The notes beneath the pieces were generated by a model. The model made no database searches. It was given only the letters and a program-made list of their open reading frames with translations, and was not told the DNA's origin. Shown piece by piece: positions 48,736-61,241 of a stretch of 64,000 nt of DNA (positions within the stretch are counted from its first letter, which is position 1; every line of letters begins with the position of its first letter). The position numbers and the translations under genes were made by a program. The DNA comes from Anthoceros angustus (taxonomy: Eukaryota; Plantae; Anthocerotophyta), in contig MU008188.1 of NCBI GenBank assembly GCA_010909165.1, positions 310,001 through 374,000 of the forward strand, given 5' to 3'.

Positions 48736-49694
48736 TAAAAACACAACATGATCAGACACAGAAGAAAATATCACCTGACCAAGCTCTTCATTGAGATTTG
48801 ATGTCCGTGCCAAAGCTGGAGTGTTACTCTCTTTATGATACATATTGATATCATTGTTAATGAATTGAGTGGACTGGATGAACTTGATCATCTGCAGAGT
48901 CGAAAGAAAGGCAGATAGAAACACATCCAGCATCACAACTGGACAACATAAGTTAGAGGAAATGAAATTGTTCTAAGCTTGCAGGACATGCATTACCTCA
49001 ATGGACACATACAACGATATCGGTATGATACTCGAAAATAATGTGACAAAGGTGAAAAAGGATAGAATTGCCACCTACAATCCACCATGTCGGACACATT
49101 AGTCTCAAGGGTTATGTCAACTCGTCAAGAGCATTTCATTGATGGCACTGAACACAGTGTCCATGTAACAAATGACATACCTTCCATGGTTTGCGCCTGC
49201 GTCACTTGTCTAGATTGTTGCTCTCGTTGATGAAGTCTTTGCATAATAAGCCTTCCGATACTCCTCCTAAATTAAAACACAACATGATCAGACACAGAAG
49301 AAAATATCACCTGACCAAGCTCTTCATTGAGATTTGATGTCCGTGCCAAAGCTGGAGTGTTACTCTCTTTATGATACATATTGATATCATTGTTAATGAA
49401 TTGAGTGGACTGGATGAACTTGATCATCTGCAGAGTCGAAAGAAAGGCAGATAGAGCTTAACATCCAGCATCACAACTGGACAACATAAGTTAGAGGAAA
49501 TGAAATTGTTCTAAGCTTGCAGGACATGCATTACCTCAATGGACACATACAACGATATCGGTATGATACTCGAAAATAATGTGACAAAGGTGAAAAAGGA
49601 TAGAATTGCCACCTACAATCCACCATGTCGGACACATTAGTCTCAAGGGTTATGTCAACTCGTCAAGAGCATTTCATTGATGGCACTGAACACA
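48736..49694. repeat. ~420 bp near-identical direct duplication inside ALA3 (48736-49156 and 49273-49694) separated by a 116-bp foreign filler
   Basis: Each copy contains the exons VAILSFFTFVTLFSSIIPISLYVSIE and [14 protein letters not shown]...NEELGQ with their introns. Confidence 0.95.
49181..49266 (-). pseudogene. Isolated exon of a TFIIE-alpha-like gene within the ALA3 duplication filler
   Basis: tttag|GAGGAG...GGAAG|gtatgt. Reads EEYRKAYYA(R)LHQREQQSRQVTQAQTME with one extra A, resembling the plant TFIIE-alpha DEYxKAYYAxLxxQQ motif. Its phase-1 end fits the 47523 exon. Confidence 0.6.
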
Positions 49695-52600
49695 ACTGAC
49701 CACAGCTTTGTTGCTGGGATTGTATTGCTGCTCAACGCCTCCAAATAGACCAAGGTAGTAATATTTTCTTGAAAGGAAAACTCCACTGTGCACCAAACAC
49801 AAATAACATGTTACAGAGACAGTTCTTCTCCAGCAGCACTACTCGCAAGCCACTACCCCCTTTAGAAAATAAAAGAATTGGTCGAATTCCTGCACCACGT
49901 TAAGTCTGGAAACTCAAATTTGACTGGAAGAGGCATATGTTTTCACCTTCCAATGCCGCCAATGAAGCAGAGAATAAAGAGTATGCCAAAAAGGAGCAGA
50001 ATCAGCTTGTCCAGTCTTCTCTCCAAAGTGCTCCTTTTTGAAGGAACATCCATTGCGTTCATCATAACCTGGGCATCCAGTAAATTACAATAAGAATGAC
50101 CCCTCTGCATTTATAACTGCTTACAAAGCTCCTAAATAGACACAGGCAGAACCAAGTCCCATACCTTAGTCTCGTGGCCAGCAAATACTACAGCCCCCAC
50201 AATCCAATCTGTGTTACGCAGGCTGCAACCCTGGACATGCAAGGAGCAAGTGAACCAGCAGAATACTTCGGCTAATTGACCAAATATCCTAAATTCAACA
50301 ACTCCATGCTTACTCGCAGCAGAATCTGATTGGGTGAGACTGGCAGTGTTTGCTTCCCAACAACCAGATTACCCGTGAAAGTGTACAAGGAGTTGTTTGG
50401 ATGTTCACATTCAATCCTTCCTGAGCAGACAGATAGTAATTCTCAGCCTGAATCCGAAACACGTTGGCCATCCAGAGCACAAACCCAACAAAACACTACC
50501 AGACCTGAAAATTCTGCTGCATTCTCTGCATCAATGAAATCCCAAGTTCGTTCCAAGGCCTTCCGAATCTTCAAATTTGTCTCACCGTCTAAGTTTGATG
50601 TCTGTATAGCAGGGAGAACATATACACCGGCAGTGTGAAACACACAAATCATGCATTCTTCACCAAATGCTATCCCTGCTCAGGCTCGGGATAGATAAGA
50701 GGCCGACACATCTGCACAACACCAACCAGAATATAGTACCTCAATATAGCAGATACCATCTGCATTCGTACTGGCCAGAAAGAGCAGGTCTGCAGGAAAG
50801 TAATGGTCTTGCTTCACCTGAAAAAGAGTAGACCCATCACACAGCAGAAGTCAATCAGAGGTGGTTCCCAGTACAGCATGAGAGAGAAAAGTTAACATTG
50901 CAAGGACATCGTTCAGCACCAGCGAATGAAATGCTTTTTCACTACAAGGAAAACTTAGAATGCTAACCTTTACAACGTCACCTACAGCAACCTTGCTCCA
51001 TGGTGTAGGAACCCAACGACGATCTCTTAAGACATCAACCAAGCCAGAGTTGATAACCTTGTCATTCAAATACCGCTTCTGCAAGAACAGATGCATACAA
51101 AGGAAGATATAGATGCTTCTTAGTAGCCATAATGTTCATGCCTTTGCTCAAAGGTGCCAGAAGCTCACTGGCTTTTGCCAGGATATCACAACCTTGACAT
51201 AAGACGATGTAAAGCATGACACAAGGTCCCCCTACAGCAAAGACAAAGCTTTTCACAACAGTCACGGTAGATGACTTGCCCTGTCCTCAAAACCTTCCTT
51301 TATCAGGGACACAGTTAGCACAAGCGCGAGCGGTCCAGCATTTGTAATAGGATTTACAGGACTGCAGGGCATAGATGTACCGCCTGTCAGAGCTCAGATA
51401 TTGTATAAAATTTTGCTCAAAAACATTCCCGCCAGATAGAGCCTTTGCATAGACATATTTTCAGGGCCAACAGCGGAAGTGCCAACCTTATGGGAGTTGC
51501 AGACAGAATTGCTATCAAGAGAAAGTAAAGATTTGCAACCCGTCGGAACTGCAGCGTCGGTAGCAAAACTCGGTTGTCAGCACATAACATCCCAGAATGA
51601 GACAACTGCTGCAACTCCTCACATACTGTTGAAAACCCATTTCAACACGTGAGCTATCCACACAGTCAAGGAAAATACACAGTGCACACCTGCTCAAATA
51701 ATCCTTTTGGTAGAAATGTGACCAAATTATACTTGGTTGTTGAGATGGAATTGCCCTGCAAAAGTAAAGGTGGACACCCGTCAGAATCTAAAAGCAGGAT
51801 GACACAGTAAGGCACGGTCCTTTCAGCGCCTGCAATCAGGAGGGGGATCTAGATCCGTACTACTTGACATCCAGCCCGAGCGGACCCGAGAGAGTAAGAA
51901 GCAGCAAAATTGCGGAAAAGGCGTCAATTTGGTTCCGGCAGCACGATTAGTGAGGACGAAAAGGGACGTGCTAGAATTGGAGAAAAAGATTAGAGTGGCG
52001 GTAGCCAAGGTCGGGACAAAAGAAAGGGAAGGAAACCTGGATCCGGATGGATTTCTGAGCAGAACAAAGGCACCTGGCAATCAAGTACCTTGAATCGGAA
52101 GGGGGCGTTGCTCTGCGGATTGTTGCAGTGGACCACACGGTGACCAAGATGTAGAGAATCATCAGGCGGACTGTGCATCTCGTAAAGTCGAATTCGGCCC
52201 CGGTGGCTGGGCCTTACTTTGTCCCACAGCCCCATGACTGTTGAGACCTGCTAGAGGGGACCAGGAGGTTGCGCGGGCGGGGGCTTCCCAATCCAATGTC
52301 TATACAGCAGCTGATGCATCCTGGAATGGAGTGATTTACGAGCCAGACATGGCGTGCCTCACGGATCTCGATTCCGGACGGAGTTGAAGAGGCTGCCCGA
52401 CTGTCCAGTCTACCAAGCCAACCACAAACCGCGGGAAAGAGCATACCCAGCTGCCCGCACACGGTCAAACTCCGTTCCATGCAGCTACATACATAGCAAG
52501 TACAGAACTATGTATGTATGCTACTACAAAATCTCATACAAATCAAAATACGGCAACATGGAACGATTTTGAAGAAGGATCGACGGATGTAGGAATCTGG

Positions 52601-53447
52601 ATTCCTGGAATAAATGAATAAATTCTGAATCGTTCTTACAAGTACTGACGTGAGACTTTTTTTAAATATATATTTTTGCTTATCTCATTAATAATTAATC
52701 TAAAACAAAAAAAATAGAACTTTAGGTTTATAATTTAATCCTAGGCCAGTGAAAATTGAATGATTTATAGTAAAATAAAATCTCTATCTTTTGGATTGCC
52801 TCGGAAACAGTTTTCATAACAAAGCTAACACACCTCTAATAGCTAGTTCCTATAATAAAGCTAAATCGTCATAGCATACTCCTAAATGTACGAGTTAGTA
52901 TTGTCTGGGACATCATATTCTCTACAGCTAAGAAAAGCGGGTTCTTTCCCTAAAGAGAGCGCTCATATATTCGTGCTCAATGACGTTTTTCTCAGAGTTG
53001 ATCTGTTTTTGACTCGGGCGGACTAGGTTTCTATTGCTGATGTGGTTGAAACAGACCCTACCCAGGACAGTGTCTACGAGTATGTTATCTTTAATCCTTC
53101 AATCCTCCGAGGTGGGCAGCGGAGGGATGTGCGACAACGAAGATCCACAAGTACTCTTCCATGCAAGATGGCCACGCCTTCATCCCCTTGCTCTTGCTAT
53201 TGAGACTCATTAGGCCATGGGCAAGGATTTTTGTATGCTCGTCAAGGCCTGTCCCAAGGCTTACCACTCTCACAACAATGGGTTGGTCTCCCCTTTCTTC
53301 TATTATGGCTTTCTTCAGACAACGGGTGTCCATTGCCCTAAAGAGGGTACAGAACGGCGGTAAGCGCAGGGGTTGTGGCATCTTCAGCCCCAGTGGTAGG
53401 TAGGCCTTTTCATATCCTGAACCACAAAATTCTTAGAGCAGTAGTTT

Positions 53448-53531
53448 CAAGATAAGTGATCGCAAGGGTCTAATCGTGGGGGCTAGTCCCAAGATAAGTG
53501 ATCGCAAGGGTCTAATCGTGGGGCTAGTCCC
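53448..53531 (+). repeat. ~42-bp tandem duplication
   Basis: caagataagtgatcgcaagggtctaatcgtgggg(g)ctagtcc x2. Confidence 0.92.
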
Positions 53532-53640
53532 CCTTAGCGCGATGCTTTCCCGAGGGTTGTTCCCCTTTTTTTTCGGAGTAGATAGATTTTTCCAATCTCT
53601 TTTTTCACATGAGGTCTGCCCCTCAAAATAGTAACTACAA

Positions 53641-53752
53641 CAAAGCTAAGATCTTCAGAAGCTAGTTTTCTCCATCAAAGCTAAACCTGAAAGCACCAAA
53701 GCTAAGATCTTCACAAGCTAGTTTTCTCCATCAAAGCTAAACCTGAAAGCAC
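53641..53752 (+). repeat. 56-bp tandem duplication, with a diverged third copy at ~52820-52895
   Basis: caaagctaagatcttca(g/c)aagctagttttctccatcaaagctaaacctgaaagcac x2. Confidence 0.9.
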
Positions 53753-53989
53753 GCTTCTAAATTTATGAGCGAGTTCTCTGCAACATAGCTGAAACCTTGA
53801 ATCACACTCCTAAGATGAACGTATGAACAACAAAAAGTAGGAGAAATTAACACTCTTAAATCTCACTGCTAAGATTACCCGTTCAGGGCAGCTTCAGCTA
53901 GTGCGGCATCGTCTACCGGGTCCCGCAACGTGCCGTCTTCCACTGCCATTTTGGCGACATCGACCTGGCTACCCGGGAGGCATGTCGGC

Positions 53990-55280
53990 GGGACGGGGAT
54001 CCTTCCCACTCTAAGGGTCGTAAGTCAGGTCGTACAGGGTTTTAGCGGGCGGCTGATGAAGAGCCGCCGAGGGCTGCAGATAGAGGTTGGGCTCGCCGTA
54101 GTGGCCCATGAAGGCCAGGTCGAAGGTGATGATTTGATCGGCGTGCCGCGGCCCACGCCCCGGAGGTTGAAGAGGAAGGGCTCGGGCGGGCCACGGCGCC
54201 GTCCAGGCCGACGGAACGGAGGAAGGAGACCGGCGTGCCGTCCACGTCCACGCCCTGCAGCTGCTCCACCAGCAGGCGGCGGCGCAGGAGGAAGGGCGCC
54301 CCAGCTTCTCGTACACGCGCACGTCCGCCAGGGGGTCCATGGGATCTTGCGCCTGGCCGCTGCCCTACTGTCTGCGGGATGGTGTTCGCCGGGCTCACTC
54401 AGCGCGCTCCGCGTGCTTGAGTGTCATCCGGAGGGCCTGGCTGGGGAGCGGCTCGCCGAAGTTGATGATGCGCGGGAAGCAAGACGCGGTTGATTAACGT
54501 GAATGCACCAACACAGCAGAAAGCACAAGACGGTGCAAGCTTAAGGTGCGTACCGCAGCGGGCGCAGTGGCGGCCGGTTCGGTGATCGTGCACCGTCTTC
54601 GCATAGCGAGCAACCGCTCGATAATCTGCGATGCCAGGCACACGCAGCGTAAACAGCGCATTTGCAGCTGCTGCAAGGTGCAGGTGCAGACGCAGCTGCT
54701 GTGGATTTGGAAGCATAGATAGATAGATAGCATGCCTTGCAGTGTCGTGAGACCTACCCCGGATGTACTCTTTGCCGCATTTCTGACACTGTTCGCGGTT
54801 GCACACCTGCTCAGACTTGGAGTGGCCGACGTGCACGAGCCCTGGTACTGACTGGTAAAATGCCGCTCCTCCTGTGCAGTCCATGGCAATTCTGTGACAC
54901 CAGGTACTTGAGAAGGCCTCGATTCTGAAGCTCCACCAGCGCCATGTGGACGTCGTCTTGCGTGCGCGCACTCTGCCTTGCACACGAAGCGTCCACACTC
55001 CTTTGGGGCCTCGGAAGTCGGGGATGCCTGGCAGTGCTATTCCACCTCTTTCATGAATTCATCATCTTTACCTGCCTACCATTGTCTGATGTCCAAATGT
55101 ATCCTCATTTTGGTCTAACCTGCAGATGTGGAGATGCCGGCTCCGGTGAGGCCACGATACGCTTGCTCGTCCTGATCAGGTCACCAAAAATCTCGGCTTT
55201 CCGGTCCACAGGCACCGGCGGCTCGAATCGCTCCTTCGCTTGTTCTGGTTCCTTGTGCGCCTTGTGAGCTACGGTGCTCT
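53990..55280 (-). pseudogene. Class IV (SIRT6/7-like) NAD-dependent sirtuin, fungal-type architecture, decayed by multiple short deletions
   Basis: ERFEPPVPVDRKAEIFGDLIRTSKRIVA(F)TGAGISTSAG|IPDFRGPKGVWTLR...HMALVELQNRGLLKYLVSQNCHGLHRRSGILP...NREQCQKCGKEYIR|DYRAV...HDHRTGRHCARCG...IINFGEPLP...GVDVDGTPVSFLRSV...LAFMGHYGEPNL...YDP*. GT-AG introns present. Start codon uncertain (candidate ATG at 55433). Confidence 0.9.
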
Positions 55281-55567
55281 ACAGATGGGAGCTTTGTTCA
55301 GAGTCTGGAGCTCCACAAACAGCAGCGCCTTCGCCTGCGCCTGCGCCTGAGCTCACAGGTCGTTGGCAGCCAAACCGGCCTTCACCGAAATTGAGATGAA
55401 ATCGCGGCTCCACGACAGGGTGTCAAGTGGCATGGCACACACGACGGCAACCCACGTCTGTCGGACCGGCCGTCACCGTGGAATAAAAACGACCCTCGTC
55501 ACACCTTCGACCGGACACTCGCGCACAACTTCAATGTCATATTATAAACGACCTGAACACCTACCAC

Positions 55568-58500
55568 CTACAGCTGTCGATGTTTGCGGCTGTGCCGCCT
55601 TTTCCCGACCTGTTCTCCCTTCACCCTCACCCGCTCACGCACTCTGCATCCAGCAGTGAGCAAACCTAGAGCTCCCATGACATAGAAACCCTTGTACGGG
55701 ACTAATGTCAGTCCAGCCAAATAACAACAGAAGCCTGCGCACAAGTACGCTGCGCTGAGGCCCATGTCTCTGATGCAAGTACCCATTTTAAAATATGGGA
55801 TAGCCAACATGTCGAGGGTGTTCCCATTCACACTGCTTCCGTAAAGGCCGTGAACAATCAACCCGACACTCAGAACCGAGTCAACAAGAGATGGTAATGG
55901 CCGATCCCAACCAGGCCTCTGCGTACAAACAATGACCAATCATACTCTGATGAGAAACGATCCGACCAGTTTGACTATCAGGAAAAAGGGCACCAGGACA
56001 CTACACTCAAACAGCTCACCTGTACCCATGCCACGAGGGACGGAAACATCATGGCCGTCGCACAAAGATGCAAAAGAAGCAGTCCCTGAGTATGATTGAA
56101 AAGGTCCAACTGTGTGCCGCCACAGCTGAGATCAGACTCTGCAGTTGAGCAACCATCAATACCTGCAACCCTTGGCCATGAGCTTGTTGGCACATCACCG
56201 TTAGTGGAAGCTGGCTCGTCTTTCCATTTACTCCTCTGCAGACTCCCATGATGTCTGCAGGAGCAAGCCCTGGTCACAACATTGCCCCACTCAAACAGCA
56301 CCAACAAAGAGACTAACAAACGTTGACAACGAGAAACTCTAAGTGCCATGAACCCAGGAAATGCAAGGACGACCTCGCTACTTACTCCCTACCTCAACCA
56401 GCCAGCCTCACCTCAAAAGTGACAAATGGCATCGCCACGCATGTGTTACGCACAACACAAGGAGTCCCAAAGCGGGATGCACAAACAGCACTAATACAAT
56501 AGCTAGTACAGCCACTGTTAAGGTTGGCTTTCCACGAACTTTCCTCACTACCTGGACACACAAAAGTTAGATAATACTTATGCTGCATGTACTATCAAGT
56601 TCACGGTAAGTAGAGCTGAACTAGTTCGTAAGAGCTGGGAACGTTTTGAGAGTCTGACCTGGGAAGATGAGCACAATGAGAGGCGGCCAAGTAATCTGTG
56701 GAGCCAGCGCGAATACTGACTCTCTTGCCAAGTGCACCATCTACGAGATTTACGACCCAGGGTTGGCAAGTGCAAACTGGAAGAAAGCTCATCAAAATTT
56801 GGAAGGGACCTAACAAATACCTGGCTTTCAGATGAAAATGAAGATAAGCTGAAGAGTGGAACACCACTGTTATGGCCAGAGCCAGAGCCATCATGGCTCC
56901 ACTAGCGAATGCATAACAGAGACAGGATGTCAACAGGAAACTCAACAGTTGCGGTAAACCTTGGTTTTGCAGGGTAGTGACTGTGAGGTACACTAGCAGG
57001 GGACCAAAACATAAGATCATTAATGATAATGGCCGTATGAGGTTGGACTCTAGACAAGCCAGGATGGAGGGTATTGGTTGATCTTGTTCCCATGCAAGTG
57101 CCTGGCGCATTAAGGCGAACAGCACCAGCGCAACCGCAAAACCCGAGATCTGCAGTTCAAGAAAGGAGGGCCATGACATACTTGCTTACATTGGACTTTA
57201 GTACGTAAAAAGAAGGTTGCAACAAGCTACAGAATGCACCTGTAGCCCATAAGTCAAAAAGAACCTGCCCGCAGCTGCAAGCACAGATATCTTCATACTG
57301 ATGTTGTATGCACAATGAGGATCTGCCTGCAAGCGTTTCCCCATACAGGTCAATTACCCTTCTCACAGTTTTAAGAAGCCACTAAACAATGTCACCTCCA
57401 TCACCCACCACAAAAACAATACTTGTTCCTTCCACTCCGTTCAGTGTCCAGATTGCCGGAGAGGAGTCCACAGACATAGTTTCTGAGTTCAGACTTGGAA
57501 GAACTAAAAGGCCAGAAGAAGCATCCCAGACAAGAGCAACCGGTGGAAAGCATCGCAGTTTGCAGATGTCTGGACAGAGCAGAACGAGGACCCTCGTGAG
57601 GTTTTCCAGCAGCAATGGCTACAGAGGATGACAATGTAAAAAGAGGAATTTAATTCTTGGAAAATGAGGTTCGAGGCTTACTTGAGTGATCTCCTTCAGC
57701 TTGTGGAGGTTCAGTCATACCACAGCTTGCAGTTCTCATTGAAACTGACAATGGAAACATCCCTAAGCTTGCTGCAACTGACAACTTCGTTACCAATGGA
57801 TGATTTTCTCTTAGAGTCACCTCCTGCATTAGAATCCCACTTTGCCAAATTAAGACAAGTTCTAAAGGGAACAAAAGGCTGGCTACTTTGATTCACCAAA
57901 TAATTGTGTTGTTACTGCCAGAATGCTGGAGTATCATCCAGATCAAGGAACAACATTGGATGAAGCCACCTGTATCTGCAACTAAATCCTACCCGTTGCT
58001 TGAAGAACGAAGAGACAATCCATGAGGATGAGATGGGGGCACTCCCGTCGCCGATGTTCAGGAACTGTCCAAGGGCCATAGATGCAGCAGGAGGAGGCCG
58101 TCCAGAAAGGCTCTGACCACATGCAATACCAGATGCCTCGGCTGTGAGATGCATCATCAGACCTACAGCTTCAGGATTCAAATTGAAAACAGCACTTTTG
58201 GGTCATACTGGCTGTGGGGCCACGGATATTGTGAGGTACTGAAATCCTTGAAGCTCATCAGGACTCAATCTAATAATGGCTGATGGAGGTGCTTGCTCAG
58301 ATTGCCCTCCCGGTTCAGTCTGTACAGAATGCAACCACCAATTCATAATAGCTTAACTTAGATGGGGAACAGCAAGGCTTGTGGCACTGCTGCAAGAGAA
58401 AGGTTGACTTGTGCATTCCTAAGAACATAATATCTTGCCTGAAGTGGTGCCGGCCCTGCAGGAAGCTGAACAAACTTCATCGTCACCTCCTTAATGCGAT

Positions 58501-60905
58501 GGCTTACTGCTTCTTCACCATTGCCAAGTGACACATCCCTTCCTGGCCAAAGGTGCAGCCTCACTCCGGTACATGGTGCGAGATTAGTGACCATAACAAA
58601 CCAATCTCTTCCAGCGGCGACCTGAAAACAGCAGAGAGACCGATAATTTGATGTGTACAGGCTTGATGCTGAAGATGCCTTCCCACTGACCATTTGAAAA
58701 GATTAACCAGCATGAGTCACAAGCTAGGAAAGGTTCATAGAATGTGTAACAAAATATCCCCATTGGCACATAAGTCCATCTGTAGGAACACAGTGCTATC
58801 GATAGGCACTGTTCAGCTGAAAAGACTAGGTTGACACAAATCTAGTTCACTCACCATCCTTTTGATATCCAACCACCGCCTTCTTCCATCCATTGCAAGA
58901 ATGGTAACAATTTGCGACTCAATATACAAGTCCTTCTCTTGACTTTCAACAGCCCACTGTATTGACTTCGGACAAACAAATTGTCCTTCTCCGTGAGCAT
59001 ACGCTTCTTGCATTCCTGCAGTTTCACAGCCCATCAACAGACTCATTCACAAGTACATCTTTTCCATAGGTACAAACAGGAAAATTAGAAGACCATACGT
59101 CAGCTGCAGCCTCCAGCATGCTTGTGGAACAGAAGTACGTACTATCTTTCAAGCTCTCTGCTGCAGCAGTGGAGAGTCGAAGCGCAGTTCCAGGAGGTGG
59201 CCAGTCAAATGCTTCGGCAAGAGCAGTCCGTAGCTTTGATATAAATACGTGAAGCCTTAACTGAGGGTTGGATTCAGGCTGACCCGATTTCGCATCTATC
59301 AAATGCAGAAGAGTGTGAGCAACCTGCCAGAAACGTCAGGTTCAAGAGTGGCCAATGAGAGCGTACATCTCACCTACAAATATGACAGCTAAACTGAAAG
59401 ACTAACTTATCAAAGCTAAGAAGCCACCTGAACGACAAGCTGGTTGCACCACAAAATAGACTGATGTTCTGTGGATAGCCAAACATTCAGCATCTCTGGA
59501 GCTCCAATAGTCACCCCATTTGTTGGGGGTACAATACCTTCTAAAGAGGCAAGATTGGCACGGACCTGAAACCACCAAATAGTGAAAATGAGGCGTTTGT
59601 CATCAACTCACTGCTTCTGCACACACTACAGATCCCTTCCTTGAAGCTGATCTACTAAGAACATACGAAATGCTTACAAACTACCATTTTGTCACCTGGT
59701 AGTCACGAGTTCCTCCGAATATGGACACAACGACCACTTTAGACAGTGGGCCTGATTTGACTCGCTTTGATTTCGTCCTGGATACAACGAAACCCCTCTT
59801 CCAAGCGTCATTGACACTTGAGAAAAAGAGCCCAAGCGACGGTTGCAGAGCTAGTGGAGGTGACCTGACATGAAATATAACAACTGGTCAAACAAGCCGG
59901 TCTTAAGGTGCAAAGGACTGGGACTAAACCAGGTTCACTGTTTGAGCCCTTTTACCGGTGAGGACTGGACAAGGTGAGCACGGTTTCCACCGATCCCTTC
60001 CTAAGGCGAGGATGGACAACTGCCGCCCTTGCGACAAAACCCCCCATAGAATGGCCCACCAGTATGACGGTCTTGGGAGGTCTCTCACCCAAACCAGCCT
60101 CAGCCTTGGACCGTGCAGCAAAAGATTCTTGATATCTATCCAAAATCTGTGAAAAATACCCCACATTCGACACACAGCTTGAACATTTTCCTGAGCTTTA
60201 CCCGACAAAGAGCGGAAGTTGGGGCAGGGGACACAGTAGCAAGAGCTAATACCCTGTCCACAGCTTGAACCACATACTCGGTATGCTCTTGTAAAATCCT
60301 TCCGTCCATTGCGGAATGCTCACCATCCAGATCCACGGCAAACCAGTCCAAGTGATTCGGATACGCCCTGCCATTCCGGTCGGTGAGCAAAGAATTCATC
60401 TTGCCAGCTTCTCCAGATTGCCTCCATCCTAACTCCCTCGGCGACAACGAGGATTCACGGAAAAAGCTCTCATCGAGCGGTCCGCCATTGAATGCTCGTT
60501 GCGACTCAGCGGCTATGGATCTGACCTGCTCACAGGAGCAAGCTATCTGTGAGCAAAAACTGGATCTGGCCAGTGGATTGTGCAACAAAATGCAGATCCT
60601 ACCTGTTTGTAGCTGCCACCGTTTCCAGGAATGAACAACACCGGGACGCCCGAGAGCTTGAGCAGATGCAGGTCGAAATCGATTTTTTGCCACCCCTCGT
60701 GGTACAGATAGAGACCATACTTGGTGGTGAGGTTGGCGGGAGGTGGCAGGGGGATGTACGTCGGGTACATGTAGGTCATTTTGCAGCCATTGTGCAGAGG
60801 CAGATTGGAGAGACCGAAGACAGCGGCCACCGCAAACCCGCAGGCGAGAGCGATCGCCGCCGCCCGGCATGCGCCGGCTCCTGCGCCCCGCAGGCGCCCG
60901 CCCAT
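55568..60905 (-). CDS. PGAP1: GPI inositol-deacylase (PGAP1/BST1 family), multi-exon, apparently intact
   Basis: Exon 1 60905-60603 (TM, GCKMTYMYPTY, KYGLYLYHEG, GVPVLFIPGNGGSYKQ); exon 2 60525-60253 (VRSIAAES...LDWFAVDLDGEHSAMDG); exon 3 60146-59956 with the lipase-type nucleophile motif GHSMGG and TLSSPH; later HQSILWCNQL, FVMVTNLAPC and C-terminal TM helices; stop at 55568. Confidence 0.93.
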
Positions 60906-61241
60906 CGTTCTCCACGGCAGCGCCAAGCACCCGCAGCTGGCAATGAGGTCGCAAGAATTGAAGGCAGTGACGAGCAGTGCATGCTGAACATCTCCCGCCC
61001 ACTGCGAGTTCCGCGTTACTGTGATTCGCTAAGATTAGGCGCTCTAGACAGAGGAGTTTCACACCAGAAAACGAGTCGTCTCCTCCGGCCAGGACACTTA
61101 ACTTCCCCGTTTCATAAATTCGTCTCCACTTATAAAAACGAAAGAGAAAAGGGTACATGTACGGGACACTCCCAGTAGGGACGTATGGACATCTCATCAT
61201 ATGTCTGATGCTATGCGCTGGGTCTGTCGTAGTACTACACG

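Larger units (their letters stand above)
47540..52235 (-). pseudogene. ALA3: P4-ATPase phospholipid flippase (ALA3-like); only the N-terminal ~half is present, with an internal two-exon duplication and a 3' truncation
   Basis: Exon 1 52235-52089; [22 protein letters not shown] (51755-51690); FRRVANLYFL; [11 protein letters not shown]; IPISLYVSIE; [15 protein letters not shown]; [13 protein letters not shown] (phosphorylation site); [12 protein letters not shown]; [11 protein letters not shown]; GADTVIYERM. Homology then stops at ~47540; the GLRTL, TGD and GDGxND motifs and TM5-10 are absent from the window. Confidence 0.9.

Noticed and set aside
53091-53403. 96-aa and 80-aa ORFs in the ALA3-sirtuin intergenic region
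   Set aside because: No recognisable motifs or splice structure.
54399-54998. Cys/His-rich ORF first suggesting a PLATZ or other zinc-finger transcription factor
   Set aside because: The CxxC pairs belong to the sirtuin zinc-binding module, flanked by GIPDFRG and SQNxxGLH.
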